From an uncultured Lachnospiraceae bacterium (GTDB lineage: Bacteria; Bacillota; Clostridia; Lachnospirales; Lachnospiraceae): a stretch of 64,000 nucleotides of DNA. A model generated the notes under the pieces. The model ran no database searches. It was not told where the DNA came from and was given only the letters and a program-made list of their open reading frames with translations. Positions 9,782-22,656 of this stretch are shown here, one piece after another. Positions within the stretch are counted from its first letter, which is position 1. Each line of letters opens with the position of its first letter. The DNA is taken from positions 327 through 64,326 of the forward strand of contig CAZIQL010000009.1 in assembly GCA_964541485.1 (NCBI GenBank), in the 5' to 3' direction. Both the position numbers and the translations under genes were made by a program.

Positions 9782-11521
9782 TTATTCCAGACCCGGCTCA
9801 TCACAAAGTGTGATGTATTCTGCTGCCTTTCCTTCTGTTTCAAAAAGAACAATTTCATTCTTCCCCTGCTTTATGAGCGGTGCCGGAATGTAAAGTCTCT
9901 TCTGCGGTCCAATCTCCCAGAAACGCCCCAGATTAAAGCCGTTTATGAAAGCACAGCCCTTGCCAAAGCCGGTAAAGTCAAGGAACGTATCTCCCGCTTC
10001 CTCCACCTCCAGCTCAAACTTATAAAATGCCGGTTTTCCTTCGGTATATCCCTTGTCAAACGGAATGTTATCCACAGTTTCCAGCGGAATCGGATAATGT
10101 GTCCACTTGTAATGCTGGTGTCCGTTGATTACTACGGCACCCTGAATTCCCTTGTTCTGATGCTCCATCATAGCACCATAATTGACACGTCCCATATTCT
10201 CCACCAGAATATCCAGACGGTCACCGGTCAGGTTCACAGAACCTTTTTCAGAGAGCAGTTCTCTGTCATACTGGGTCAGGAACTCTTCTCCGTCCAAATA
10301 GAACTTTGCACGGTCATTGGCGCCAAGCAGACGGATTCTCTCAATCAGCTTGTCACGTACCAGCTCCGAGCGGTATAAAATATAACCATAGTTCTGTCCA
10401 AGCTTTTCCATCGGCTGCGGATAATGGTGTTCTACCGGTGTACTGATATCATCCAACACTTCGAACAGACCTGCTTTTGCCACAGGCGTCAGCTTTCCGT
10501 AAGCCTTTCTCTGAATCTTTGTAGTAAATTCCACTTCCGGAATGTCAACAAAACGGCTGATTACTTCTTTGAATGCCTCATACTTTGGCGTAATCTGTCC
10601 ATCCTCGGTAAGAAGCGCATCATAATCATAGGATGTTACATCCGGTGTCAATTTATCATAATAATTTGCGCCATTCATAAAGCCGAAGTTTGTTCCGCCT
10701 TCTGCCATATAAATATTCACATGTCCCATTTCCAGAATGTCATGTAAATCCTGTGCATGCTCTAACGGATCACCGATGTGGTGCTTTTCATCTCCCCATG
10801 CATCAAACCAGCCCACCCAGAATTCCATACACATCATCGGCTTATCGCCAACATGCTTTCTTAACACACCAAACTGTTCGTGTGCTTTGGAACCAAAGTT
10901 TGCCGTCTGGTGAACTCCCTCTATTTTTCCGCAAGCAAGCTGGTCGCTCCATGGTCCGTCAGAAGTAATGAGCGGCACTTCCACACCGTTGTCTAACATC
11001 ATCTGCTTCATGGCTTCCAGATATTCTACATCTTCACCGTAGGATCCATATTCATTTTCCACCTGGAACATGATAATCGGACCGCCCTTGGTAATCTGAA
11101 GCGGTGCCAATATCTTAAATAATTCCTTATAATAATCGCGGACATGGTTCAAAAACGGTTCGTAATAGCTTCTAAGACGCATGCCGTCTTCTGCAGCAAG
11201 CCAGCCCGGCAGACCGCCAAACTCCCACTCTGCACAAATATACGGAGACGGACGCACAATTACCCAGAGTCCCAGCTCCTGTGCCAGTTCAATAAACTTC
11301 TTTAAATCAGCCATCCCCTCAAAATTAAACTGACCCTTTTTTGGCTCGTGCACATTCCATGCCACATAGGTCTCAATCGTATTACAGCCGAGCGCCTTAA
11401 TCTTTTCCAGGCGATCTCTCCAATACTCCGGCACTACGCGGAAATAATGTATTCCTCCGGAAATAATTTTGATTTTCTCGTCATTTAAATAAAACTCTTC
11501 CCTAATCTCAAACTTTCCCAT
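9782..11521 (-). CDS. Beta-galactosidase, glycoside hydrolase family 35. No signal peptide, so likely cytoplasmic.
   Basis: 579 aa. GGIHYFRVVPEYWRDRLEKIKALGCNTIETYVAWNVHEP...ICAEWEFGGLPGWL and the ENEYG motif are GH35 hallmarks. Confidence 0.9.
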   Translation of the reverse strand: MGKFEIREEFYLNDEKIKIISGGIHYFRVVPEYWRDRLEKIKALGCNTIETYVAWNVHEPKKGQFNFEGMADLKKFIELAQELGLWVIVRPSPYICAEWEFGGLPGWLAAEDGMRLRSYYEPFLNHVRDYYKELFKILAPLQITKGGPIIMFQVENEYGSYGEDVEYLEAMKQMMLDNGVEVPLITSDGPWSDQLACGKIEGVHQTANFGSKAHEQFGVLRKHVGDKPMMCMEFWVGWFDAWGDEKHHIGDPLEHAQDLHDILEMGHVNIYMAEGGTNFGFMNGANYYDKLTPDVTSYDYDALLTEDGQITPKYEAFKEVISRFVDIPEVEFTTKIQRKAYGKLTPVAKAGLFEVLDDISTPVEHHYPQPMEKLGQNYGYILYRSELVRDKLIERIRLLGANDRAKFYLDGEEFLTQYDRELLSEKGSVNLTGDRLDILVENMGRVNYGAMMEHQNKGIQGAVVINGHQHYKWTHYPIPLETVDNIPFDKGYTEGKPAFYKFELEVEEAGDTFLDFTGFGKGCAFINGFNLGRFWEIGPQKRLYIPAPLIKQGKNEIVLFETEGKAAEYITLCDEPGLE

Positions 11522-11530
11522 CTCTGCTCC

Positions 11531-14118
<2,588 letters not shown>

Positions 14119-14131
14119 CGTAATCCTCCGA

Positions 14132-15133
14132 TTAACCTACAATACCTGCATTCTCGATATTTTCTACCAGCCACTTCTGTGCAATGAAATAAACCACCAA
14201 AAGAGGCGCCATATAAATTAAAGCACCGGCCTGTTTTACGGCATCAAATACAAAGCTGGATGCCATTGGAAGATTATACCATTCCTGCATTGCATTTAAA
14301 ATAAAATACTCATTTGCAGACTGGAAAGTCGTTGTCAGAATGGAACTTAAGTAAGGTCCATCCGGATGGAAATATCCTGTGTAATAGGTGTCTCCGTAGT
14401 TCCATACAAAGCCGAGAACCGCAACCGTTGCAATCGCCGGTTTCGCATTCGGCAACATAATATTGAAATAAGTCTTATGGAAACCACAACCATCAATCAA
14501 TGCTGCTTCTTCCAGTTCCTTCGGCGTGTTCTTAAAGAACTGACGGAAAATGAAAACAAACAGACTCTGGTTTACTCCAAACCCAAAAAACGCGAGAATA
14601 AAAAGCGTAATCGGCCTGTTAATCAGGTCAATGGTATCTCCGGTAAACAGTGTAATGAGTCCCAAAACATCGAAGTTCTTAAAATGAATGTACTGGGACA
14701 GTAACAATGCCTGTGGCGGAACAAGGAATGCAAGCAATACCAGCACAAAAATCACATTTGCGCCCGGAAAATTAACTCTGGCAAGTGCATATCCCACCAT
14801 AGCACTGATAAACGCCTGTACTGCTACAATCGCAACTGCATAAAGCAGGGAATAAACCATTGTCATAACGCCCTTCTTCATGATAAATTTCCATGCCGCC
14901 TTAAAACTCAAAAGGGAACGCTTTACCGGAATCCAGATTACGTCCGGATTACCGAGTTCTGTCAAATCACTTGTTACATTCGGAAACAGCTTAAAAATCG
15001 GATACAGCATGGTGAAACACAATCCGGCAATCAGGCAACCGACAAAAATGCCTATTACAAGTTTTTTCGCTTTTCTTTTTAACATCTGCGGTGTATCTTC
15101 TTTTGCTTTTTTGACTTTATTTTTCTTTGCCAT
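14132..15133 (-). CDS. Carbohydrate ABC transporter permease (CUT1 type, MalG-like).
   Basis: 333 aa and polytopic. It has the EAA-loop-like sequence ELEEAALIDGCGFHKTYFNIMLP. Confidence 0.85.
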   Translation of the reverse strand: MAKKNKVKKAKEDTPQMLKRKAKKLVIGIFVGCLIAGLCFTMLYPIFKLFPNVTSDLTELGNPDVIWIPVKRSLLSFKAAWKFIMKKGVMTMVYSLLYAVAIVAVQAFISAMVGYALARVNFPGANVIFVLVLLAFLVPPQALLLSQYIHFKNFDVLGLITLFTGDTIDLINRPITLFILAFFGFGVNQSLFVFIFRQFFKNTPKELEEAALIDGCGFHKTYFNIMLPNAKPAIATVAVLGFVWNYGDTYYTGYFHPDGPYLSSILTTTFQSANEYFILNAMQEWYNLPMASSFVFDAVKQAGALIYMAPLLVVYFIAQKWLVENIENAGIVG

Positions 15134-16029
15134 TATGATTTCACCGCCTTTCTCGATATGAGCAATACAATTAGCAGAACCAGAAGTACATTCAACATGT
15201 AGACCACTGATAATGCCGATCCGACACCAATCTTACTCTTCTGGAATGCAAAGGCATAAACCTCTTCTGCAATCGGAGAAGATAAGAAAATGTCTACAAT
15301 CGTGTAAACGATAACGAAAACAGAGATGTTTCCAATCATCGGTAACGTTACTTTCCAGAAGGTTTCATACGTCGTTGCGCCTTCAATCTTAGCCACCTCA
15401 TACAGACTCGGGCTGATGGACTGAAGTCCTGCCAGATAAATTAACGTCTGTACGCCCGCCTGTGACATCAGGTTAAAAATATTATCTACAAACGAGGTAA
15501 CCGTAAGGATAATATCCGAATCAAGACTTGTATAAGTAAGCAAAAGTCTTGCCGCCATACCCTGGCTGAAAATACCGGTACCACGCAGCGCCACAAGGTC
15601 ACCACCGGTAGATACCGTAATCATCTCTGTGATAACATCCAGACCAAGTACAATCGGAAGGAAGAAAATCACACGTACAAAGCCTCTGCCCTTAAAATTC
15701 ATATTGGCAAGAATCGCAAGGAACAAACTGAAAATAATGATAATCGGTGCATTGATGAACAGATTCACATTCTCATCCGTAAACAACTGGAGAAACGTCT
15801 GGGAATCTGTTGTCACCTGCTCCGTAAACAGACTGATATAGTTCTGTATGCCATTTGGTTTAAAGGTCATACCGCCTTCGTCTCCAACACCTACTTCATT
15901 GAAGGAGTAAATTACGGTATTGATAATCGGTACTGCAAAGAACATAATAAATCCGATTAACCAAGGAAGAGTATATAAAAAGCCGTTCAGCTTACGTTTT
16001 GTTCTGTATTTCATTTTCTTACGTGCCAT
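15133..16029 (-). CDS. Carbohydrate ABC transporter permease (MalF-like).
   Basis: 298 aa and polytopic. It has the EAA-like sequence YEVAKIEGATTYETFWKVTLP. Its stop overlaps the next permease's start by 1 nt. Confidence 0.85.
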   Translation of the reverse strand: MARKKMKYRTKRKLNGFLYTLPWLIGFIMFFAVPIINTVIYSFNEVGVGDEGGMTFKPNGIQNYISLFTEQVTTDSQTFLQLFTDENVNLFINAPIIIIFSLFLAILANMNFKGRGFVRVIFFLPIVLGLDVITEMITVSTGGDLVALRGTGIFSQGMAARLLLTYTSLDSDIILTVTSFVDNIFNLMSQAGVQTLIYLAGLQSISPSLYEVAKIEGATTYETFWKVTLPMIGNISVFVIVYTIVDIFLSSPIAEEVYAFAFQKSKIGVGSALSVVYMLNVLLVLLIVLLISRKAVKS

Positions 16030-16032
16030 TCT

Positions 16033-18657
16033 TTACTCTCCTCCTTTCAAAACCAGATAATTGTCTGCTGCTACCTCTGTACCGTTATAATCAAACGACT
16101 CAAAGGTATAATTGGTTACTACCTGCGTGCCGTTTGCATATTCTGTTAAGAATACATCCTTTGCAAGCATGGTGTGGTTGACAATTTCTGCGGTTCCGAT
16201 GATTTCCATCGCTTCTGCCAGCTTGTCATAGACTTCCTTAATCTCATCCTTCATCAAATCGTACTGAATGGAGAAGAAATAAGAATACTTGCTGTCCTTT
16301 AACACATCCACATTCTTTGCAGAAATCGTAAACTTCGGCTGCGCACCTGTTTCAATTGCCTGCATCAGATAATAGCTTGCCGGATCGCTGTTATTGTTCG
16401 CTGAGGTTGTTGTATATTCCATAATACCATTCAGCACTAACTGACGGAATGGAATCGAAGTATAAAACGCACTCAGTTCACTGCTCTCTCTGGACACATC
16501 TACTGCAATCGTTCCGTTTACAAGCTTATCCATTCGCGGATTATCCAGCGCAAGCTCGGAGCCCTCCGAAAGCGTATTCAATGCCTGGTCAATCAGTCTC
16601 TGTGCCTCGTACGGAGAAATATAATTGTTGCCGTAATCTGCATAATACTGCTCTGTCAGATCGTTAACATAGTAATTGTAGTTACCCTCCACATTGCTCT
16701 TAAAATCAGCAACTACATCCACAAGATATCGCGGATCCAGCAGATGATACATGTTACTTCTTTGCTTAAAGAGTCCTGTTTCTACCTGGTAACCGTAAAT
16801 ATATACGACAGATTTTGAATAATCCTCCAGACCATGAAGCCACTTTACAAATCCGTTTCCACTATCATAAATCTTTAAGAAATCAGTTTCCAGGTAAATG
16901 GAATCACCGGCACCTTCCACCTTTGCAATCAACGCATCCAGCGCCTCCTGCCCACCATTTACCTTGGAAAGCTTGCCGGAATTCATCAGCTTGTGGTTCA
17001 TGCCGCCATCAAACACGCCCTTGTAGGAAATATTGGCATGTCTGCCGTCCAAATCCTCAAGAATGGCAGCCAGCTCTTCGTAAGTCGTCATAGAAAAGTA
17101 GGTATCATATGGAATACCAAGGATTCTTTCCTCTAAGGAAAGTGTTCCGATGGTCTCCAGGAAAATCTGTGCACCCGTCTGGTACACACCTTCTACCTCT
17201 CCGTCACAAAGGTAATTCTGGTAGGTCTTTGCCATGTTGTAATAGGAAACCTCATCTCCCGTAAAGAAGAAGTAGCGGAGTGTATAGTCCTCCTCGCTCA
17301 GCGGTGCAAAAGAAAGGAAGGTTGCTCCGTTGTCCGCGTACTCACCAAATACCGGTACCCACTCGTACTGGGTTACATCATAGGTGGTGTAAATCTTATT
17401 ATAGCTGCGTCCTGTGTTTTCCGAACCGTCAGATGCCAGCATCGTTTCCAGATATGCGGTATCTGCACCGTTTTCAACTACAGCCATAAAGCCATACGGA
17501 ACCACGTCCGCAGGCGTTCCGTCTTCTAAAGCCGGAGCACTTAATACATAAGATGCAAATACCGGCATCATCAGTTCCTGACTATACTCTGCCATATAGT
17601 AATAATCCGTATAGTAATCGTTGTTATAAAATCCTCTTAAATAATCCGGAACCTTGGCATCGTAGGTATTCATCTTAAGCAGGGCACCTGCGCCATCCGG
17701 AACAAGCAGGTATCCTTCGTCCACCTGCTCTGTCTTTACATAACCAAAGTTGTTTAACACTTCGATGTTCTGTAATGTAAAGAAATCATTGCTGTTTACA
17801 ATCTCATTCACCGGAATATTTACCACAAGTTCGTCACCTTCTAAGGTCACATCAATCGTAATATCAAAAATTGCCGGTTCTTCAAATTCTACCGTGAAGC
17901 CAAACTCATCCGCATCCGCCAGAAGCATCTCTGTAGTGTAGCCTGCAATCCTTGATAATTCAATCAACTGACGGCTGGCACTTGTTGCCGGAGCGGTCGG
18001 AGACTTTAAGAGATAATAATACTCTGTGTCACCGTCTGTCTTTTTCTTGTAGTTGGTTGTCAATGCTCTCTTATACTTGGCAGCCATTTCATCGCCTTCT
18101 TCTTCCAGACGGTCAATGGTTGCAAGGAAAAGGTTCTCATAATTCTCTACCGACATTTTGTGCGGCATATACTCAAAAAACTTCTGGGACGCACCCTCGT
18201 TAATGTGCATCACAATACGGACACCATTTTCAAGCTGAAACATACGGTATGCCGGTGTCTCTGCCTCTGCCGTATAGTTGGCAGTACAGTAGGTGTAAGA
18301 ATCCCAGCTATAAAACACATTGTCTTCACCAACATAATTAATGGTAATCAATGCCTGTTCCGTCACTTTTCCATCCGGATCAACCGCATACCACTTTGTA
18401 CCGGTTGCCTTATCCTCAACAATCAGATTCATGTCCTTTGGATTCACATACAAAGCGATCTTATCACTCTCTGCCACAAGAACATCCGTCTTTCCGATTT
18501 CCAGTTCCTCAAGCACGGTTACTGTCCTAAAAGCACCTGCCTCCTTACTGCGAACAGTATCTACTTTTGTCACCTTAACCAGGAACACAATCAGGCAAAT
18601 CAGTGCCACAGGAATAGCAACGGCTATCAAAATTTTGAATAACTTTTTAATATTCAT
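16033..18657 (-). CDS. Large N-terminally TM-anchored extracytoplasmic protein of unknown function. It recalls the DUF5696 family (unverified).
   Basis: 874 aa. A single N-terminal TM (ILIAVAIPVALICLIVFLV) is followed by a large soluble region containing YLLVPDGAGALLK. I could not name any recognisable catalytic motif. Confidence 0.6.
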   Translation of the reverse strand: MNIKKLFKILIAVAIPVALICLIVFLVKVTKVDTVRSKEAGAFRTVTVLEELEIGKTDVLVAESDKIALYVNPKDMNLIVEDKATGTKWYAVDPDGKVTEQALITINYVGEDNVFYSWDSYTYCTANYTAEAETPAYRMFQLENGVRIVMHINEGASQKFFEYMPHKMSVENYENLFLATIDRLEEEGDEMAAKYKRALTTNYKKKTDGDTEYYYLLKSPTAPATSASRQLIELSRIAGYTTEMLLADADEFGFTVEFEEPAIFDITIDVTLEGDELVVNIPVNEIVNSNDFFTLQNIEVLNNFGYVKTEQVDEGYLLVPDGAGALLKMNTYDAKVPDYLRGFYNNDYYTDYYYMAEYSQELMMPVFASYVLSAPALEDGTPADVVPYGFMAVVENGADTAYLETMLASDGSENTGRSYNKIYTTYDVTQYEWVPVFGEYADNGATFLSFAPLSEEDYTLRYFFFTGDEVSYYNMAKTYQNYLCDGEVEGVYQTGAQIFLETIGTLSLEERILGIPYDTYFSMTTYEELAAILEDLDGRHANISYKGVFDGGMNHKLMNSGKLSKVNGGQEALDALIAKVEGAGDSIYLETDFLKIYDSGNGFVKWLHGLEDYSKSVVYIYGYQVETGLFKQRSNMYHLLDPRYLVDVVADFKSNVEGNYNYYVNDLTEQYYADYGNNYISPYEAQRLIDQALNTLSEGSELALDNPRMDKLVNGTIAVDVSRESSELSAFYTSIPFRQLVLNGIMEYTTTSANNNSDPASYYLMQAIETGAQPKFTISAKNVDVLKDSKYSYFFSIQYDLMKDEIKEVYDKLAEAMEIIGTAEIVNHTMLAKDVFLTEYANGTQVVTNYTFESFDYNGTEVAADNYLVLKGGE

Positions 18658-18681
18658 AAAACCTTTTACTCCTCCCCGCCA

Positions 18682-19305
18682 CTAAATTCTTCGCATGAAT
18701 TCCTTGCCGAAGATGTACAAAAACTGCACCATCTGCTCCACAAGAGATATAAACAATACTAAAAGGAATAAGATAATCAATGCCGCAACCAAGGTAGCAA
18801 CAATCGTTACCAGCGTCTTTGCCAGACTGAACTCATGAATCGTACAGAGTCCGGTCACAATAAGAAATGCCGCCCATGCAATTCCAATCCAGCTGATTGC
18901 CGTCAAAATAATTGCTTCTTCCTCAATAACAAAATTACTTGCAATTACAATAATCGAATCAAGTAATACCATTGGAAGCAGGGAATAACCAAGCACCATA
19001 TAAATATCCTTTAATTTCCCCTTGCCATCAAACAACGTTGTGATGGTCCAATTGCTTACTACTGCCAGCAAAAGAACGCTCAGTGCGGAAATGAAAATTG
19101 TCACACTGTTCATTCTCGTAATCTGGTTCAAATTCATAATAAAGCCTGTGTACTGCACCTTTACACATTCTAAAATACAGTAAAGCGCAATTATTATCGT
19201 TGCTGCAAGAACACTTCCCCTGCCACGATTCTTTGCTTCATAGAAACCATCAAAAGGATGGAACACACAATGCTTTACATACTTTACTTTTTCCCATGTA
19301 CTCAT
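18682..19305 (-). CDS. Yip1-like polytopic membrane protein.
   Basis: 207 aa with about 5 TM segments and a short cytoplasmic N-terminus. The topology and size resemble the Yip1 domain family. Confidence 0.6.
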   Translation of the reverse strand: MSTWEKVKYVKHCVFHPFDGFYEAKNRGRGSVLAATIIIALYCILECVKVQYTGFIMNLNQITRMNSVTIFISALSVLLLAVVSNWTITTLFDGKGKLKDIYMVLGYSLLPMVLLDSIIVIASNFVIEEEAIILTAISWIGIAWAAFLIVTGLCTIHEFSLAKTLVTIVATLVAALIILFLLVLFISLVEQMVQFLYIFGKEFMRRI

Positions 19306-19319
19306 ATGTACGTCCCCCT

Positions 19320-20792
19320 TTATACTTTCGCTTTTTTATGGTAACGGACTTCCGATACGACAAGAGCCCCAATACCTACAACAAACAACACAGCAACAAT
19401 CCAGAAATTTTCCCGGATTTGTTCTCCTCGATACCCGTTATACGCATCGGAGTAATAGCTTCTTGCATTACCGAGCTCAAAATAGTACATCGCCTCTTCG
19501 TATTCATCCTTCATCAGATGATTCTTTCCGATACCGATGTAGGCCACTTCGTAGTTGCTGTTCCAGCGGATACATTCACCGAACAGTTCGGTTGCCTCAT
19601 CCCAGTTTCCGTTATAGTACTCTTCACTGGCTCTTAACATAACCTTACCGAAATCGGTCGGTGTCAAAATGTAAGCACAGCGTAAATCTGTATCCGTTAC
19701 AATCAGATTATAGCCGTTCCACGCAATAGAGGTCGGATTGGAAAACTGTCCTTTTGCCTTTCCGTAGCCACCAAAAATATTTAAAATCTGTCCGTCATAA
19801 TCATATATGAAGATTCTGCCTCTGGTGTTATCAAGCACTGCGTATACGCCGTAATCCGTTACCGCAATGTCGATAAACGAACTCACCGAGTCACCGTTTA
19901 AATCACCGACTACCGGCAGTCCCATCTGACGCAGTACATTTTCTCCCTTGGAGTTTAAACGGAATACACTGTAGTTTGCTGCCGAGTCATTGGTTACCGC
20001 ATAAACAAGACCTTCGGAGTCTGCCATAACGTTGGTGAATGCCGGTGCATAAATCTTACCCATTTTCTCTTTCTGTGCATCTGTCGCAATCGACTTCCAG
20101 AAGAACTCTATCAGATTAACCTGAGGTTCGTTCACACCAAAGTAACGGGAGAAGGTTCCGTCCTCATTCATCTCGATAATACCTTCATAGCTGGACTTCA
20201 CGACTACATAGATACGGTCTGTCATATCTACGGTTACTTTGCTTGGCACATACTCTGTATCACCGGTCATGTTCTCCGGACGTCCAAACATATTCTTTAA
20301 CTGATACGTTGTACCATCCAGTACATACACCATTTTATTTCCGGAGTCTGCAATGTACAGTTCGTCATTTTTGTCATGGTAATACGTTCCGGTCGGTGCA
20401 GATAAGGTCACCTGTGTACCATCCGGATTTAACGCAATCTTACCGTCCTGAGAACGGATTACTTTCAAGGATGTAAGAAATTCACCCGTTTCGTCAAATA
20501 TATGTACACGGCTGTTTGTCTTATCTGCCAGAAAGATTCTTCCGTCTGCACTTGTAGAAACATCATCGATGCTGCCAAAATCAAAGGATGCCATGGAATC
20601 ACTGTCAATGACACCCCCCAGAGAAAAGGCTGCCGGACATTCCTGCGCTTCTCCCCAGAAATCATAAATATATCCATCATATACATAACTGCTTCCGTCT
20701 GCGGCCAGAGCACTCACTCCCATCTCGGAGGCAAGCACCATGAGGCAACACAATACAGCAGCCGCAATACGCTTTAACATCTGCTTTTTCAT
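19320..20792 (-). CDS. Secreted NHL-type beta-propeller-like protein with a TPR-like segment and a C-terminal TM anchor.
   Basis: 490 aa. It has a signal peptide and repeated blades of the form DGRIFLADKTNSRVHIFD / ELYIADSGNKMVYVLD / RGRIFIYDYDGQ. The C-terminal TM is FWIVAVLFVVGIGALVV. Confidence 0.6.
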   Translation of the reverse strand: MKKQMLKRIAAAVLCCLMVLASEMGVSALAADGSSYVYDGYIYDFWGEAQECPAAFSLGGVIDSDSMASFDFGSIDDVSTSADGRIFLADKTNSRVHIFDETGEFLTSLKVIRSQDGKIALNPDGTQVTLSAPTGTYYHDKNDELYIADSGNKMVYVLDGTTYQLKNMFGRPENMTGDTEYVPSKVTVDMTDRIYVVVKSSYEGIIEMNEDGTFSRYFGVNEPQVNLIEFFWKSIATDAQKEKMGKIYAPAFTNVMADSEGLVYAVTNDSAANYSVFRLNSKGENVLRQMGLPVVGDLNGDSVSSFIDIAVTDYGVYAVLDNTRGRIFIYDYDGQILNIFGGYGKAKGQFSNPTSIAWNGYNLIVTDTDLRCAYILTPTDFGKVMLRASEEYYNGNWDEATELFGECIRWNSNYEVAYIGIGKNHLMKDEYEEAMYYFELGNARSYYSDAYNGYRGEQIRENFWIVAVLFVVGIGALVVSEVRYHKKAKV

Positions 20793-20802
20793 ATCACCCC
20801 TC

Positions 20803-21693
20803 CTATCCCTTCATACCGGACGATGCCATCGTTTCCAATACGTTACTCTGAGAGAAAACGAAAACGGCAATCGGTACAACCAACATAATCAAGGATACCG
20901 CAGAGGATACACCCGTTCTTGCAATACCGGAGCTTACAATCTGGGAAAGAACATAGCTGAGTGGCTTTAATTCCTCAGAATAAATGAATACACCACCGGT
21001 ATTTCCCCATAAGCCCTGTACAGAAAGAATAATCAGGGTAATCCATGCCGGCTTACAAAGCGGCATGACCGTTCCAAAGAACGTCTGCATCTCACTGGCA
21101 CCGTCGATTTTGGCAGCTTCCAGCAGTTCATCCGGAATCTGCACCATGAAGTTTTTCATCAGGTACAGACCGAGCGTACCGCCGATTGCCGGTAAAATGA
21201 CGGACCAATAGCTGTCCACAAGACCGATGCTGCTCATGATAAAGTAGTTTGGAATTGCAGTTACCGAACCACTGAACATGAGGGAATAAACAATCAGCTG
21301 GGACATAAACTTGGAACCAGGGAACTCATATTTTGCAAGAGGAAACGCTGCCATGGAACCAAGCAATACCGTACCAAATGTACCAACCCCGGTAATAAAT
21401 AAGGTGTTGAAGGCATATCTGGAAAGCGGAATATCAAACTCTTCAATAATTGCACCCAAGTCAAAGAAGTTATTTAACGTCGGGTTCTCTACCACCAGCT
21501 TTGGTGGGAAAATAAATACCTCACTCATTGGCTTGAATGCGTTTACCACAATCATTGCCAACGGGAACAAACTGAACAAACCGAAGAAACCAAGGAAAAG
21601 CGTCAGCGCAATATCTACACCAAGACTACGGTTGCGTCTTCGGATTTTTCGCATTCTCAAATAGTGCCGGATCGCACGAAATAATTTTATCAT
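20803..21693 (-). CDS. Carbohydrate ABC transporter permease (second pair, MalG-like).
   Basis: 296 aa. It has the EAA-like sequence LLEAAKIDGASEMQTFFGTVMP. Confidence 0.85.
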   Translation of the reverse strand: MIKLFRAIRHYLRMRKIRRRNRSLGVDIALTLFLGFFGLFSLFPLAMIVVNAFKPMSEVFIFPPKLVVENPTLNNFFDLGAIIEEFDIPLSRYAFNTLFITGVGTFGTVLLGSMAAFPLAKYEFPGSKFMSQLIVYSLMFSGSVTAIPNYFIMSSIGLVDSYWSVILPAIGGTLGLYLMKNFMVQIPDELLEAAKIDGASEMQTFFGTVMPLCKPAWITLIILSVQGLWGNTGGVFIYSEELKPLSYVLSQIVSSGIARTGVSSAVSLIMLVVPIAVFVFSQSNVLETMASSGMKG

Positions 21694-21739
21694 CTTCTCT
21701 TCTTCCTTTCTGTTTGGTCATGATACGCGGTTCGTAGCA

Positions 21740-22642
21740 TTAACCAATCTTACGCAACAATTTCTGCACGAGCACGTTACAAAGTAACATGATAAAGAAC
21801 AACACTACAGCGATGGTACAAGCGTAACCCATCTCGTAACGTACGTTACCATAGTCATGTAAGTGCACAAGAATCGTGTGACCTGCGTAAGAAACCGAAG
21901 GGAATCCGGCAAGTTCTGTCGAAATAGAGGAGATGGACAGGGAGTTGGTAATCTGCATTACCGCACCGAACATGAGCTGAGGCTTCATAGACGGGAGGGT
22001 AATATACCAAAGCTCCTGCCAACGGTTTTTGATACCTTCTACGGCTGCCGCCTCATAAAGCGACTTGTCTACCGTCTGCAAACCTGCAATAAAGGACAGG
22101 AAGCTGACACCAAGACTTAACCATAACTGAACGATAATTAAAATCGGTAAAATGTATTCTGCTGTGGAGAACCACAGGATTGGCTCGTCAATAATTCCAA
22201 GCTTCAGCAGCCATGCGTTTGCATAACCATACGTATCGGAAGAGAAAATCAGCTTCCAGAGTACGAATGCGTTACCGGAAAGAGACGGTGCATAGAATAC
22301 AAGCGTCAGAATTGCTCGCGGAACCGGCGGCAATTCGTTAATCAACCATGCAAACAGGAAACACATAATGTAACTGAGTGGTCCTGTTACAATCGCAAGA
22401 ACAAAGGTGTTCTTAACGGCAATCAAGAAAATATCATCCTGTACAAGCAGGTTAATATAATTTTCCAGACCTACAAACTTTGGCATTTCTGCCATGTTGA
22501 AGGATGTCAGGCTAAGTGCTATGGCAATTACAACCGGGAGGAAGGTAAACAGTATAAACAACAGTCCAAACGGAAGAATCATCAGGTATTTACTTTTATG
22601 TCTCTGCCATACAACAGAAAACGGTTCTTTCTGCTTATTCAT
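21740..22642 (-). CDS. Carbohydrate ABC transporter permease (second pair, MalF-like).
   Basis: 300 aa. It has the EAA-like sequence YEAAAVEGIKNRWQELWYITLP. Confidence 0.85.
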   Translation of the reverse strand: MNKQKEPFSVVWQRHKSKYLMILPFGLLFILFTFLPVVIAIALSLTSFNMAEMPKFVGLENYINLLVQDDIFLIAVKNTFVLAIVTGPLSYIMCFLFAWLINELPPVPRAILTLVFYAPSLSGNAFVLWKLIFSSDTYGYANAWLLKLGIIDEPILWFSTAEYILPILIIVQLWLSLGVSFLSFIAGLQTVDKSLYEAAAVEGIKNRWQELWYITLPSMKPQLMFGAVMQITNSLSISSISTELAGFPSVSYAGHTILVHLHDYGNVRYEMGYACTIAVVLFFIMLLCNVLVQKLLRKIG

Positions 22643-22656
22643 ATTCTTCCTCCTTC

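Noticed and set aside
18160-18685. 160-aa and 114-aa plus-strand ORFs inside the 874-aa gene.
   Set aside because: They are antisense shadow ORFs with Cys/His/Ile-rich or Ser/Thr-rich low-complexity translations.
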